A DNA stretch of 64,000 nt, taken from contig OZ245015.1 in the NCBI GenBank assembly GCA_965223705.1, positions 2,464,001 through 2,528,000 on the forward strand. The letters are read 5' to 3'. Position numbers and translations under genes: made by a program. Shown here one piece after another: positions 10,028 through 20,566 of this stretch (position 1 is the stretch's first letter; each line of letters begins with the position of its first letter). Source of the stretch: Myxococcota bacterium (GTDB lineage Bacteria > Myxococcota_A > UBA9160 > UBA6930). The notes beneath the pieces were generated by a model. It ran no database searches and was not told the origin of the DNA. It was given only the letters and a program-made list of their open reading frames with translations.

Positions 10028-11454
10028 CCGTTCTGCCGCTCGACGCCGACGCGACGGAGCTCGCCGAACACGTGAGGCGCGGCGACGTGCAGCCCGTGGA
10101 GCTCGTCGACGAGGCGATCCGTCGTTGCGAAAGCCTGAACGGCCAGCTGAATGCCGTCATCACGCGGATGTTCGAGAGGGCCCGATCCGAGGCCTGCGCC
10201 CCCACCCAGACGGGGCCCTTTGCCGGCGTCCCGTTCCTCATGAAGGACTTTGTCGCCGAAGTCGCAGGCGTGCCGTTTACCGAAGGCAGCGCGTTCCTTG
10301 CGGGCTACATCCCGGAGGAGGACTCCGAACTCGCGACGCGTTTCCGACGTGCCGGGCTGATTACGATCGGAAAGACGAACCTTCCGGAGTTCGCCATCGG
10401 AACCACCACGGAGCCGCGCCTGTTCGGTCCGACCCGCAATCCCTGGGACCTCGAGAGGACACCGGGCGGTTCGAGTGGCGGCGCCGCAGCCGCCGTTGCG
10501 GCGGGTATCGTTCCGGTCGCGCACGCCAACGACGTCGGCGGATCGATCCGCATTCCCGCTTCCTGTTGTGGCCTCGTCGGGTTGAAACCCTCGAGGGGAC
10601 GGACCACCGTAGGGCCGCTCTACGGCGACATCATGGGCGGACTTTTCGTCGAACACGCCCTGACGCGCTCGGTTCGCGATACGGCGGGCCTGCTCGACGC
10701 CGTCGGCGGGCCGGCACCTGGAGATCCGTACGTCGCTCCGCCTCCCGAGCGGCCCTATGCACAGGAAGTCGGTCGCGATCCCGGCACACTTCGCATCGGA
10801 TTTTCCACGGAGACACCCCTCGGCGATCCGCTCCACCCGGAATGTCGCAACGCGATCGTCGAGACGGCGAAGCTTCTCGAATCCCTCGGGCATGAGGTCG
10901 AAGAAGGAGCACCGTCCTTCGATGCCATGGAATTGTGGCAGCCCTACACCACCCTCCTCGCGGCGGGGATCGGCTGGGCGATCGCCGACTGGTCGCGACG
11001 CCTCGGGCGCGAAGCGACGGCCGAGGTTCTAGAGCCGTTCGTTTGGGCGTTTGCCGAACGCGGGCGTAGCGTATCGGCCCCCGAATACCTGATGGCGGTG
11101 CAGGACGTTCAGCGTCAAGTCCGCGAAATGGCGCGTTTCTTCGAAGACCGCGACGTGTGGCTGACGACGACGCTCGGCGAGCCCCCGGTGCCCCTCGGAA
11201 CGCTCGTCTACCGCGACGATCCATTCGAGCTCAGGCGCCGCACGGCGAAGTTCTCGCCTTACACGTACCTGAGTAATGCGAGCGGTCAGCCCGCGATCTC
11301 GCTGCCCCTCGCCTGGAGCGAGGCGGGCCTCCCGATCGGGCTCCACTTTACGGCGCGCTACGGCGACGAAGCCACGTTGTTGCGCCTCGCGAGTCAGCTC
11401 GAAACCGAACGGCCCTGGGCGTCGCGCCGCCCGCCGATTTGCGCGGAGAGTTAA
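10024..11454 (+). CDS. Amidase-signature family amidase
   Basis: [35 protein letters not shown] start overlaps the upstream TGA. Confidence 0.92.
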   Translation: MTVLPLDADATELAEHVRRGDVQPVELVDEAIRRCESLNGQLNAVITRMFERARSEACAPTQTGPFAGVPFLMKDFVAEVAGVPFTEGSAFLAGYIPEEDSELATRFRRAGLITIGKTNLPEFAIGTTTEPRLFGPTRNPWDLERTPGGSSGGAAAAVAAGIVPVAHANDVGGSIRIPASCCGLVGLKPSRGRTTVGPLYGDIMGGLFVEHALTRSVRDTAGLLDAVGGPAPGDPYVAPPPERPYAQEVGRDPGTLRIGFSTETPLGDPLHPECRNAIVETAKLLESLGHEVEEGAPSFDAMELWQPYTTLLAAGIGWAIADWSRRLGREATAEVLEPFVWAFAERGRSVSAPEYLMAVQDVQRQVREMARFFEDRDVWLTTTLGEPPVPLGTLVYRDDPFELRRRTAKFSPYTYLSNASGQPAISLPLAWSEAGLPIGLHFTARYGDEATLLRLASQLETERPWASRRPPICAES

Positions 11455-11631
11455 CGAGTCTCTGCGCGGTAGACCGAGGCTGGGCCGGGGCAGGTGGGGG
11501 CACCGTGCTCAAACATCCTCGCGCCGACGGGATGCCGAGATTCTTCGCGCGCCTCGTCGGCGCTGCGGAACTGCGCGCGGTACCCCCACCTGCCCCGGCC
11601 TCGCGGCGCTCAGCCCAACGCTCACCAGAAG

Positions 11632-12879
11632 CTATGCCGGAGCGAGTGCGGCGTTCTCGCGCAAACGACGTAGATTGAGGAACCCGACGATCAGCAGGTT
11701 TCCGATGTTCGCTGCAACGCCCCACGCGAATCCCAGCGAATAGCTGTTGGTCTCGGCGAAGACCCGGCCCGCGATTTCGGGGCCGAGGGCCATCCCGATC
11801 GAGCCGAACAGGACGATCATGCCGACCCGTGGGCCGAGGCCCTCGAGCGGTAGGTGCGTGCGGAGGATGACCGGGTAGCACGGAAGGATTCCGCCAAAGC
11901 CGAGACCGAAGAAAATTGCGACGGCGTACAAGCCCGGGAAGCTCGAGGTCGCGGCCATCGCGGCCAACGCCGTGGCCTGGGTCGCGGATGTGACGAAGAG
12001 GGTCGGCAGGCCGCCGATCCGATCGCACACGAACCCCCAGCTGATGCGGCTCACGATCGATGTCGCCATCAGGACGCCCAGAATGGAAGCGCCCTCCCCC
12101 AGCGAGAAGCCCCGTTCGACCACGTATTTCGGCAGATGAACGAGCGGCATCGACATCGCGATGCAGCAACCGACCACCGCGGTACAGAGCATGGCCGTGA
12201 CGACGTTCGGTGAAAGCCCCAGCCCCGGATACGTCGCGGGCTGTGCTCCGTTCTCGGGGAGGACCGCTTCGTGCACAGGTGCCGGGCGGCGGAACACCAA
12301 GGCGACCGGGAGCATCACCACGAGCGCGAAAATCGCGTAGCCTTGGTACGTCGCGTGCCAGCCGTAGTTTGTAATCGACGTGTGGAAGACGACGGGCCAG
12401 ATCGCGCCGCCGAGCGCTTGGCCGCTTCCCACAAGGGAAACCGCGACCCCGCGGCGCCGTTCAAACCAATGCGTCGCGGCCGTGAACAGGGGTGTTACGA
12501 ACGCCGCGTTCCCCAGCAGTCCGAAGAGCACGAGATACACCCCGACGATCAGCGGGAAGGACTCGACCCGAGCGATGATCCAGGCTCCCGCCGCCAGCGA
12601 CAGCACCGCCAGTACCGCGGGCCGGAACGTTCCGAACCGGTCGGCGTACCAGCCCATCGCGATCCCGCCGATCCCCATGCCGAGCATGGCGGCACCGTAC
12701 GGGATCGCCGCGGAGCCTACGTCGACACCGAGTTCTGCCGCCCGTGGAACGATCGCGATCGCGACCAGGAAGTAGGTGCCGGAGCCCGCCGCAGCTAGGA
12801 ACAGGGAAGCGAAGGCGACCGCCCACGCGTAGGGCGAATCGACCTGGCCCTTGCGTCGAACGGAATCCGGCTCAGCCAT
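11632..12879 (-). CDS. MFS transporter
   Basis: About 12 hydrophobic segments; GWYADRFG and GFVCDRIG motif A. Confidence 0.9.
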   Translation of the reverse strand: MAEPDSVRRKGQVDSPYAWAVAFASLFLAAAGSGTYFLVAIAIVPRAAELGVDVGSAAIPYGAAMLGMGIGGIAMGWYADRFGTFRPAVLAVLSLAAGAWIIARVESFPLIVGVYLVLFGLLGNAAFVTPLFTAATHWFERRRGVAVSLVGSGQALGGAIWPVVFHTSITNYGWHATYQGYAIFALVVMLPVALVFRRPAPVHEAVLPENGAQPATYPGLGLSPNVVTAMLCTAVVGCCIAMSMPLVHLPKYVVERGFSLGEGASILGVLMATSIVSRISWGFVCDRIGGLPTLFVTSATQATALAAMAATSSFPGLYAVAIFFGLGFGGILPCYPVILRTHLPLEGLGPRVGMIVLFGSIGMALGPEIAGRVFAETNSYSLGFAWGVAANIGNLLIVGFLNLRRLRENAALAPA

Positions 12880-12925
12880 CGAGCCGCAGAGCGTACCACG
12901 CGGCGGGCCGAGTGCGCGGCGTCGA

Positions 12926-13363
12926 TCAGATGCCTTGCCAGACCTCTTCCACGTGGATACGCGTCAGATGGATCCGGCGGATCTTCCAGACCCCGTCTTC
13001 TTTTGCGTACTCCTCGTGGTAGTGCCCCCACCCTTTGAAGGTGCACTGGGGCAGCAGCAGATAGTCGTGCATCGCCCAGATCCCCTTCGCGGTGGTGTCG
13101 CTCGTGATCTCGAGCTCGGGCATGAAGCCCTGGTGAATCGAGAGAATGTTCTCGCTGAGAAGGCCCGAAACGCCTTCCACCAGCGACTTCTTTCCGTCGC
13201 AGGAGAACTGCGTCGGATCGTCGTCCTTGCTGACGCGGGGCGGCCCGTCGTAGGTCGCCTTCACGTCGTCCGTAAAGCAGTGCTGCCAGTCGGCCCACTG
13301 CTTGGTGTCCATCAAGCGGAAGTACCGCGCCTTCAGCTGGCGGATCGCCTCGAGATCATCCAT
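12926..13363 (-). CDS. SnoaL-like/NTF2 family protein (BaiE/LinA-like)
   Basis: DLEAIRQLKARYFRLMD, HQGFMPEL, GWGHYHEEY. Confidence 0.85.
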   Translation of the reverse strand: MDDLEAIRQLKARYFRLMDTKQWADWQHCFTDDVKATYDGPPRVSKDDDPTQFSCDGKKSLVEGVSGLLSENILSIHQGFMPELEITSDTTAKGIWAMHDYLLLPQCTFKGWGHYHEEYAKEDGVWKIRRIHLTRIHVEEVWQGI

Positions 13364-13396
13364 TGCATGCTCCTTGTCGCAGGGATTTCGCCAATT

Positions 13397-14290
13397 CTAC
13401 CTCGCCGAAGCTCCGCGCAGGAACTCCGGACGGTTGACCAGCATCAAGCCCAGGACGACGAGACCGCCGCCCAGGAGGATTGCCGGCCGTAACGCCTCCC
13501 CGAGAAACACCGCGGCGGAGATGAGCCCGTAGATGGGAACGAGGTTGATATAGAGCGCTGTACCGACGCCCCCGATCTCGACGACCGCTTCGTAGTACCA
13601 GAGGAAGCCCAGCGCCGAGCCGATGAACCCCAGGAGAAACATCAGTCCGAGAGCGCGCGGGTCGGTGGCCAGCGCCCAGCTCGCGGCCGGGTTCTCGAAC
13701 ACAAACGGGAGGAGCAGCGCGCTGCCCACCCAAATGGCGACGGAGGTCACGAGCAGCGGCGAATAGACCTCGAGCAGTTTCCCGCCCAGGACGGAGTACG
13801 CGGCCCAGGACAGGGCGCTCAGGAAGATCAGCGCCTCGCCCCAGCCGACCCCGATCGCGAGGAGCTGGGTCGGGGACCCGTCGGCGAGGACGTAGGCCGT
13901 CCCGAGGAACCCCAACAACACGCCGACCATCGCCAGCCGGTCGGGCCGCTGACGATGAACGATCGCTTCGAGCACGAGCACCATCGCGGCGATCAAGCCG
14001 AGAATGATCGACGTCGTCATCGCGTCGGTGGATTCGAGCCCCTTAAACATCAGGCCGTTGTGAAGCAGCATGCCCGTCGCGCCCAGGGCGAGGAAGCGGC
14101 CCCAGTATTTCCTCGGAATCGGCTCGAATCCTCGGGTCGCTCGCAAGAAGAAGAAAAGCAACAGGCCCGCGATCGCGAAGCGGCCGAAGACCGCGACGAA
14201 GGGAACCTGGAACTCGGATAGGACCCGACCGATGGTGGGCGTCGTCCCCCAGAACACGGTGGCCAGCGACATCTTCAGGTGGACCGACAT
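13397..14290 (-). CDS. DMT/EamA family transporter
   Basis: About 10 TM segments, duplicated EamA pattern. Confidence 0.88.
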   Translation of the reverse strand: MSVHLKMSLATVFWGTTPTIGRVLSEFQVPFVAVFGRFAIAGLLLFFFLRATRGFEPIPRKYWGRFLALGATGMLLHNGLMFKGLESTDAMTTSIILGLIAAMVLVLEAIVHRQRPDRLAMVGVLLGFLGTAYVLADGSPTQLLAIGVGWGEALIFLSALSWAAYSVLGGKLLEVYSPLLVTSVAIWVGSALLLPFVFENPAASWALATDPRALGLMFLLGFIGSALGFLWYYEAVVEIGGVGTALYINLVPIYGLISAAVFLGEALRPAILLGGGLVVLGLMLVNRPEFLRGASAR

Positions 14291-14351
14291 CGGGAGAGAA
14301 TGCCAGATCGAATGCGCCGCGGGCGACCGCCGAAAGGTCTATCTTCACCTT

Positions 14352-15536
14352 ATGCTGACCGAGAGACAACGGGCGGACTACGAGCGCGATGGCTTCCTGG
14401 TCATCCGCGACTGCTTTGACGACGGCGAGATTCGACGTTTCGAAAACGCGTACGTGAAGCAACCCCCGCACAGCGTCCTGCCGGCGGGGCGCACCTATCC
14501 CGAGCCCGGTCGCTACACCCTGGCCCACTCCTGCATGGCCGATCCCGACCTCGCGGCAGTGGCCGAGCACCCCGGCGTCCTCACGCCGGTCCGCGAACTC
14601 CTCGGGGACGACCCCATCCTGACCGCGTTCGTCGTCTACGATCGGACGCCGGACGGTCCCGGCCTTCCCCGGCACAACGATTACAAACGCTGGCGGCCCG
14701 TGGGGTCGTCGATGCACTGGCTCTTCACCATCGTTCCGTTCACCGATTACGACGAGGAGATCGGCCCCCTGTTCGTCTCCCCGGGGTCCCATCGACTGGA
14801 CCGTGTGCGAGACATCGGGGAGCGCGTGCTCCACGTCGACCCCGCTGTGCTGCCGGAGCCCGACAGCTTCGTCGATCCCGAGCTCGGTCGAGGCGACCTC
14901 CTGTTGATGAACATGCACTTGTGGCACAAGGCCGGCCGCAACCGCTCGAAGCGCACGCGAGCGGGCTTCTTCAACAAGTACGCCGCGAAGCGCTACCCGC
15001 CGGCGACGGGTTACTACGTCTTCAACGACGCGGCATACGAGGCCTTGTCCGAAGCGGGGCGCGACGTGATCGCTGTCCACAGCGATCGCCCCGTGTCGCG
15101 GACCCGGATGCTTCTCGAACGATCGGGGCCGAACGGTCCGGAGTTCTTGACGCTGCGAGACGATGCCGGCCGACTCACCCTTCCGGGTGGGCCGACCTTT
15201 CTCGAAGAGGCGATCCCCGATTGGGACTACGGCAACTACATCGCGCCGCTCCACGCCGCGATGCGCGAGCAGTTGCAGATCGAGACCCCGTGGGCCACCT
15301 ACGTCGGAGACTACGGAGAGGGCGAGGAGCTGACACGCCTCTACGCGTACCCGATGAACGAGAACGGGTTCCCCGTACCCTTCCCGGGCGAGTGGCTCAC
15401 GGCCGACGACGTGCGGAGCGGGAAGCTCGAGCTCGCCTACCTGCCTGCAGCCCTCGAGGATTGGCAGGCGCCGGATGTCGTGCGCGGCAAGGGCGTATCG
15501 CAGGCGCAGGCGCGGATCGACCAGTACGCCTACTGA
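14352..15536 (+). CDS. Phytanoyl-CoA dioxygenase (PhyH) family Fe(II)/2OG enzyme with extra C-terminal domain
   Basis: YERDGFLV, H-N-D iron motif, PGSH, LWHKAGRN; about 170 extra C-terminal residues. Confidence 0.8.
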   Translation: MLTERQRADYERDGFLVIRDCFDDGEIRRFENAYVKQPPHSVLPAGRTYPEPGRYTLAHSCMADPDLAAVAEHPGVLTPVRELLGDDPILTAFVVYDRTPDGPGLPRHNDYKRWRPVGSSMHWLFTIVPFTDYDEEIGPLFVSPGSHRLDRVRDIGERVLHVDPAVLPEPDSFVDPELGRGDLLLMNMHLWHKAGRNRSKRTRAGFFNKYAAKRYPPATGYYVFNDAAYEALSEAGRDVIAVHSDRPVSRTRMLLERSGPNGPEFLTLRDDAGRLTLPGGPTFLEEAIPDWDYGNYIAPLHAAMREQLQIETPWATYVGDYGEGEELTRLYAYPMNENGFPVPFPGEWLTADDVRSGKLELAYLPAALEDWQAPDVVRGKGVSQAQARIDQYAY

Positions 15537-15557
15537 TCGACCCGCACGGAGCGGCGC

Positions 15558-16598
15558 TTATTTGCGGAACGCGGGAATCACGTCCTTCGCAAAAACTTCC
15601 ATGCTGCTGCGGATGTGGTGCGGCGCAAGGCCCGAAAGCGCCATGCCGCACACCAGGTGCGTAACGCGCCCCCGGCTCACGTAGTCCTCGATCATCCCGC
15701 GGGCGTCCTCGGGAGTGCCGACGATGGCGGGCTCTCCGAAGACGTCGAAGGACTGCTTCGCGATGATCTCCTCGACGGAGGGAATCCCCTGGGTCGCCTG
15801 ATCGTCACCGGGTTTGTCGTTCGCCTCGGCAAACCATTCCGCGTAGCGCGACGCGGTGTAGTGCAGCGACTGCGCCGCCGTCTCCCAGGCCTGGTCGCGA
15901 CTTTGCGCGACGTGGACCCAGCGCAACTGCGCGGTGTTGTACTCCTCTGGGTTACGGCCCGCTTCGACCAGGCACTTGTCGTAGAACTCGACGAGATCCG
16001 GCGGACCGACCACCTGGAAGTGAAAGCCCATCTTCGCGGCCCGCTCGATCGCTTTCGGCGCGATGGCGCCGAGCCAGATGGGCGGATGCGGCTTTTGCAG
16101 TGCAGGCGGGACGATCTGAATGTCTTTCAGCTGACTGAACTCGCCGTCGAACGTGACGGATTCATCGCTGAGCAGGCGCTGGATCAGTGCGATGCCTTCT
16201 TGCAGACGCTTGCCCCGCGTCGTGTGGGAAATGCCCTGATCGGAGAACTCCTTGCGCCGATAGCCCAGACCGACACCCAGGTCGAAGCGCCCCTGGGAAA
16301 TGAGATCCACCGTCGCCGTGTCTTCGGCGATCCGCACCGGATTGTGGAGAGGCAACAGGACCAAGAATGTCCCGATGCGGATCCGGGTCGTCCGCGCAGC
16401 GACGGCGGCGCCGATCGGCAGCAGCGAAGGCGAGTAACCGTCGTCGACGAAGTGATGCTCGGTCAGCCAAGCGTTGTCGTAACCCATGCCCTCGGAGTCG
16501 ACGATTAAGTCGAGGTGGGTCCGATACAGATCTTCCCAAGGGACACGATTGAATTCTGGGTTGCGGAAAGGCCATAAAATGCCGAATCGAAGATTCAT
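15558..16598 (-). CDS. LLM-class flavin-dependent oxidoreductase
   Basis: WLTEHHF, HNPVRIAED, SQGRFDLGVGLGY. Confidence 0.9.
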   Translation of the reverse strand: MNLRFGILWPFRNPEFNRVPWEDLYRTHLDLIVDSEGMGYDNAWLTEHHFVDDGYSPSLLPIGAAVAARTTRIRIGTFLVLLPLHNPVRIAEDTATVDLISQGRFDLGVGLGYRRKEFSDQGISHTTRGKRLQEGIALIQRLLSDESVTFDGEFSQLKDIQIVPPALQKPHPPIWLGAIAPKAIERAAKMGFHFQVVGPPDLVEFYDKCLVEAGRNPEEYNTAQLRWVHVAQSRDQAWETAAQSLHYTASRYAEWFAEANDKPGDDQATQGIPSVEEIIAKQSFDVFGEPAIVGTPEDARGMIEDYVSRGRVTHLVCGMALSGLAPHHIRSSMEVFAKDVIPAFRK

Positions 16599-16641
16599 TG
16601 ACGTTCCTTCTCTCGAAATCGCTCGAAGCTACTGCTCGAAA

Positions 16642-17868
16642 TCACTTGAACTGTAGATAGGGGCTCGGATCGCTCGCTGCGGTCTCGGTCAATAGTACCT
16701 CGGGTCGTCGATAGCGCGCAGCCGTGGCTCGGCGGGCGGGGTCGTCGGATTCCGGGCCGATCGGTGCGCCGAGATCGCGGCTCCAGGCGACAAGCGCCCG
16801 GCCGAACGCCAGACGCCGCCGCTCCCACTGATCGAGTGCGTGCGGGTCCCCGCGGTCGGTCGCGTCGAGAGCATCGGCCAGGGTGACCGCGTCTTCGGCA
16901 GCCTTGGACACGCCCATCCCGACATGCGGCCTCGCGGTCGCCGCCGCATCGCCGACCAGCGCGATCCGTCCTGCGACGAGGCGCTCGCTCGCGAAGTCGT
17001 AGATCGGCTGCAGGAACGGCGCTTCGGTGGCCTCGATCACCGCCTGGATCTGGGGAGCGAGAAGAGATGCCGCCGACTCGCGCATCCGCGCCCGGAGTTC
17101 CGGGCGTATGCGGTCGTGGGGAATGCCGTTCGGATAATGCGTTCCCTCCGCGTCCGTCAGGTGATCGCGCAACTCGTCTTCGTCAGCTCGCCGGTACCAC
17201 GCCCAATTGAACCTCCGCTTGCCGGCCTCGAGCCGATCGTCGCGACCCGCGACGAAGTAGCCCAGCCAATGTCCTCCCGGTGCCGCACCGAAACCCATGC
17301 GATGGGAGAGTTCCGCCCGTACATCGGCCGGGATAAGCGATTCGTCGATGAGCCCGCGCCAGATGAAGTAGCCCGCGTAGGTCTCGTCGGTCCCCGGAAA
17401 CGCGACGGCCCGCACGCGCGAGCGCATCCCATCGGCGCCGACGAGCCAATCGAACTTCGCAGTCTCTCCGTCGGAGAATCGCGCCTCGACCTCTTCTCCC
17501 GCGATCGAGATCGCTTCGAGTCGCTTCGCGTTGTGGTAATCGGCTTCGGGCAAGCCCGCTCGCAAGCTGCGGTAGATGTGGCCCCAGCTCGTCATCCACT
17601 GCGGCTCCGCGCGGCGTGCGGCGAGCTTCCCGCTCGGGTCAAAGAGGACCCGTTCTCGGCAATGCACGCCGGGTCCCTGGCGTAGCGCAACCCCCGTCTG
17701 GGCAACGGCGTCGTGCAGTGCCGCGTGCGTCGTCAGGCCCGCGCCGCGATCGGCGAGCTCCGTCGCGCGCTCGTAGACCGAAACCCGGAAGCCGCGGCGG
17801 CGGAGCGCCAATGCGGCGAAGAGCCCCGCGATCGATCCGCCGATCACGGCGACACGCGGTCGACTCAC
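16642..17868 (-). CDS. FAD-dependent monooxygenase (2,6-dihydroxypyridine hydroxylase-like)
   Basis: GGSIAG, VGADG, YAGYFIWRG, FNWAWYR, GDAAATARPHVGMG. Confidence 0.82.
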   Translation of the reverse strand: MSRPRVAVIGGSIAGLFAALALRRRGFRVSVYERATELADRGAGLTTHAALHDAVAQTGVALRQGPGVHCRERVLFDPSGKLAARRAEPQWMTSWGHIYRSLRAGLPEADYHNAKRLEAISIAGEEVEARFSDGETAKFDWLVGADGMRSRVRAVAFPGTDETYAGYFIWRGLIDESLIPADVRAELSHRMGFGAAPGGHWLGYFVAGRDDRLEAGKRRFNWAWYRRADEDELRDHLTDAEGTHYPNGIPHDRIRPELRARMRESAASLLAPQIQAVIEATEAPFLQPIYDFASERLVAGRIALVGDAAATARPHVGMGVSKAAEDAVTLADALDATDRGDPHALDQWERRRLAFGRALVAWSRDLGAPIGPESDDPARRATAARYRRPEVLLTETAASDPSPYLQFK

Positions 17869-18686
17869 GCGCCGGGCGTCAGTTTTTCGGCGGACACGAC
17901 GAACGCGTTGAGCGGAACGCGCCAGACGTCGCCGTCGCGGTAGGGCTCCATCAGCTCATCCATGCCGGCCCGGATCGCCTTTTGCGCGGCTTCGGTTTGC
18001 GCCTCGTACAACGCGCGTGTCCGCACGGCGGCGCGACGGACGAAATCGACGATCGCGGCCCCTCCGCGGTCCGTCACCACCGGTAGGGCGACATCGCAGC
18101 GGGTTCCCTTCGAAAACCCGGCGCCTTCGAGGAGCGCGTCGCACACGACCTGATCGGCCCAGCGGAACATATCCGGCCCCTCGGGCAACGGGACGCCGAG
18201 ATCGCCGTGCTTGGAAATCGCTCCGACGACGACACCGAAAAAGGGGTTGTTTGCCGGCGGATACCACGAAGCGAATGCCAGACGGCCGCCGGGACGGAGC
18301 ACGCGATGCGCTTCCCGAGCAAACGCGGCGTGGTCCGCGAAGTGCGGCATTCCGAAGGCAGACACCACGGCGTCGAAGCTCGCGTCGGGCAACCCCAGGT
18401 CCTCCGCCATACCCTGTCGAAACGCGACGGCGGGAAACCGCTCGCGCGCTCCGGCGAGCATCGCTTCCGCGATGTCGAGTCCGACCGAACGCGCACCTCG
18501 TTCCGCCGCAGCCGCGGCGACCCACCCGGGCCCGGTAGCGACATCGAGCAGATCCACGCCGCTCTCGACACGCGCGGCATCGAGCAACGGTCCCGCGATC
18601 TCGCTGGTCACGCCCGTCGTGGTATCGGCGTACGTGCCCGCCACGCGTTCCCAACCGTCTCGTTCGAATTCTAGAAAGTCGTTCAT
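17865..18686 (-). CDS. Class I SAM-dependent methyltransferase
   Basis: LLDVATGPG, FDAV, VLRPGG. Confidence 0.9.
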   Translation of the reverse strand: MNDFLEFERDGWERVAGTYADTTTGVTSEIAGPLLDAARVESGVDLLDVATGPGWVAAAAAERGARSVGLDIAEAMLAGARERFPAVAFRQGMAEDLGLPDASFDAVVSAFGMPHFADHAAFAREAHRVLRPGGRLAFASWYPPANNPFFGVVVGAISKHGDLGVPLPEGPDMFRWADQVVCDALLEGAGFSKGTRCDVALPVVTDRGGAAIVDFVRRAAVRTRALYEAQTEAAQKAIRAGMDELMEPYRDGDVWRVPLNAFVVSAEKLTPGA

Positions 18687-18703
18687 GGTTCAGTGCCCCT
18701 TGG

Positions 18704-19129
18704 CTATTTCCAACCGATCGGCTGCAATCCCTGCTCTCGCAAGCACGCTTCGACGTAAGCTCGAAACGTCGGATCGCCCTCCCCGGACTCCGCCGCTCCC
18801 TCGACAGCGCCCGATCCACCTCCGGTGACCGCACCCGCGGCGGCGCCGCGTCCCGGTGAGCCGAAGATGGCGCCGACGGCGCCCCCGAGGACGGCGCCGA
18901 CCACTGCACCGGCCGTTCCTTTCTTGGCCGCGCCGCGTCCGCGAGAATCCGCTAGATCGGCCTGATAGGCGCGGTCGAGACAATAATCGACCACTTCTTG
19001 CGCCGCGGGTTCACCCATATCGCGATGAACATCGTTCGGATAGAGGACCGGGCGTTTCGCACCGCAGCCGACCAGCGCGGTCAGCAGAACGGTTGCGTAC
19101 AGACAAGGTGTGCGGCGTTTCGGTCGCAT
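18704..19129 (-). CDS. Glycine-zipper lipoprotein
   Basis: Lipobox LVGC; GAVVGAVLGGAVGA / GAAAGAVTGG. Confidence 0.8.
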   Translation of the reverse strand: MRPKRRTPCLYATVLLTALVGCGAKRPVLYPNDVHRDMGEPAAQEVVDYCLDRAYQADLADSRGRGAAKKGTAGAVVGAVLGGAVGAIFGSPGRGAAAGAVTGGGSGAVEGAAESGEGDPTFRAYVEACLREQGLQPIGWK

Positions 19130-19207
19130 CGTCCGCCGGCAATGCTAGAGGACCGGCCCCGCGACGCCACAATCACTGGGGTCGTGGTAGGCTCACCCAG
19201 ACCCACG

Positions 19208-20566
19208 ATGCCCGCCTCAGATCGCATCCTCCTGAACGGTTTCTCGATGAACTGCGTGTCCCATATCCAGCAGGGGCTGTGGGTCCGCGACGATACACGC
19301 CAGCTCGAATACACGAGTCTCGATCCTTGGGTTGAACTCGCGCAAATCCTCGAACGCGGCTTTTTCGACGCCCTCTTCCTCGCGGACGTCATCGGCGTGT
19401 ACGACACCTACCGCGGCAGCGGGGATACGTCGATCGCCGAGGGCATGCAGATTCCCGTGAACGACCCCTCGTTGCTGATCCCGGCCATGGCCTACGCCAC
19501 GGAGCACCTGGGGTTCGCGTTCACGAGTTCGGTTCTGCAAGCGCACCCCTTCGCTTTCTCGCGGAACATCTCGACCCTCGATCACCTCACGGACGGGCGC
19601 GTCGCATGGAACATCGTGACCTCCTACCTCCCGAATGCGGGTGCCAGCCTCGGTTTGGGCGGCCTGCCCGCTCACGCCGAACGCTACGAACGCGCGGATG
19701 AATACCTGGAGGTCGCGTACAAGTTGTGGGAGGGCAGCTGGGAGGAAGATGCCGTCCTTCGCGATCGCACGCGCGGCCGATACGCGGATCCGGCCAAGGT
19801 CCATCCCATCCACCACAAAGGAAGGTTCTATGAGTGCCAGGGGCCGCATCTCTGCGAGCCGTCGCCCCAGCGAACGCCTTTGTTGTTCCAAGCGGGTTCT
19901 TCCGAAGAAGGCCGTTCGTTTGCCGCCAAGCACGCGGAATGCGTCTTTATCGTCACGTCTCGGCGGAACCTCCGCGGCGCCGCGAGCATCGTCGACGACG
20001 TGCGAAAACGCGCCGTTCGCTACGGCCGAGATCCCGACGACCTGCGCTTCTATCAAGGGCTCTCCCCGGTGGTCGGGGGGACCGAAGCGGAGGCCCGAGC
20101 CAAGCGAGCGGACTATCTCGAGCAGCTGAGCAGCGAAGCCGCCCTGGCGCACCTTTCCGGGAGCCTCGGCGTCGATCTCGGCAACATGGATCCCGACCGC
20201 CCGCTCGAGACCTTCGACAGCCAAGCCATGCGGGGTGTCGTGAAGTCCCTGATCGACGGCGCGCCCGATCGCACGCAGACTTTTCGCGATCTCGCCCGCG
20301 GCCAAATGGCCGGCCAGTTTCTCGCCGGAACACCGGAGCAGATCGCGGACACCATGGAGTCGTTTCGAGACGCCGGCGTCGATGGCTTCAACTTGGTCTA
20401 TGCGGTCACACCGGGAAGCTTCGTCGATTTCGTCGACGGCGTGGTGCCCGTGCTCCAGGCGCGAGGCCTCGTCCAGCGGGAGTACACGCCAGGCCCGTTG
20501 CGCCAGAAGATCTTCGGGGACCCGAGGCTCCCCGACCGCCATCCGGGTGCGAAGTACCGCCGCTAG
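19208..20566 (+). CDS. LLM FMN-dependent monooxygenase, NtaA/DmoA/DszA family
   Basis: FDALFLADV, GRVAWNIVTS, PSPQRTPLLFQAGSS. Confidence 0.9.
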   Translation: MPASDRILLNGFSMNCVSHIQQGLWVRDDTRQLEYTSLDPWVELAQILERGFFDALFLADVIGVYDTYRGSGDTSIAEGMQIPVNDPSLLIPAMAYATEHLGFAFTSSVLQAHPFAFSRNISTLDHLTDGRVAWNIVTSYLPNAGASLGLGGLPAHAERYERADEYLEVAYKLWEGSWEEDAVLRDRTRGRYADPAKVHPIHHKGRFYECQGPHLCEPSPQRTPLLFQAGSSEEGRSFAAKHAECVFIVTSRRNLRGAASIVDDVRKRAVRYGRDPDDLRFYQGLSPVVGGTEAEARAKRADYLEQLSSEAALAHLSGSLGVDLGNMDPDRPLETFDSQAMRGVVKSLIDGAPDRTQTFRDLARGQMAGQFLAGTPEQIADTMESFRDAGVDGFNLVYAVTPGSFVDFVDGVVPVLQARGLVQREYTPGPLRQKIFGDPRLPDRHPGAKYRR

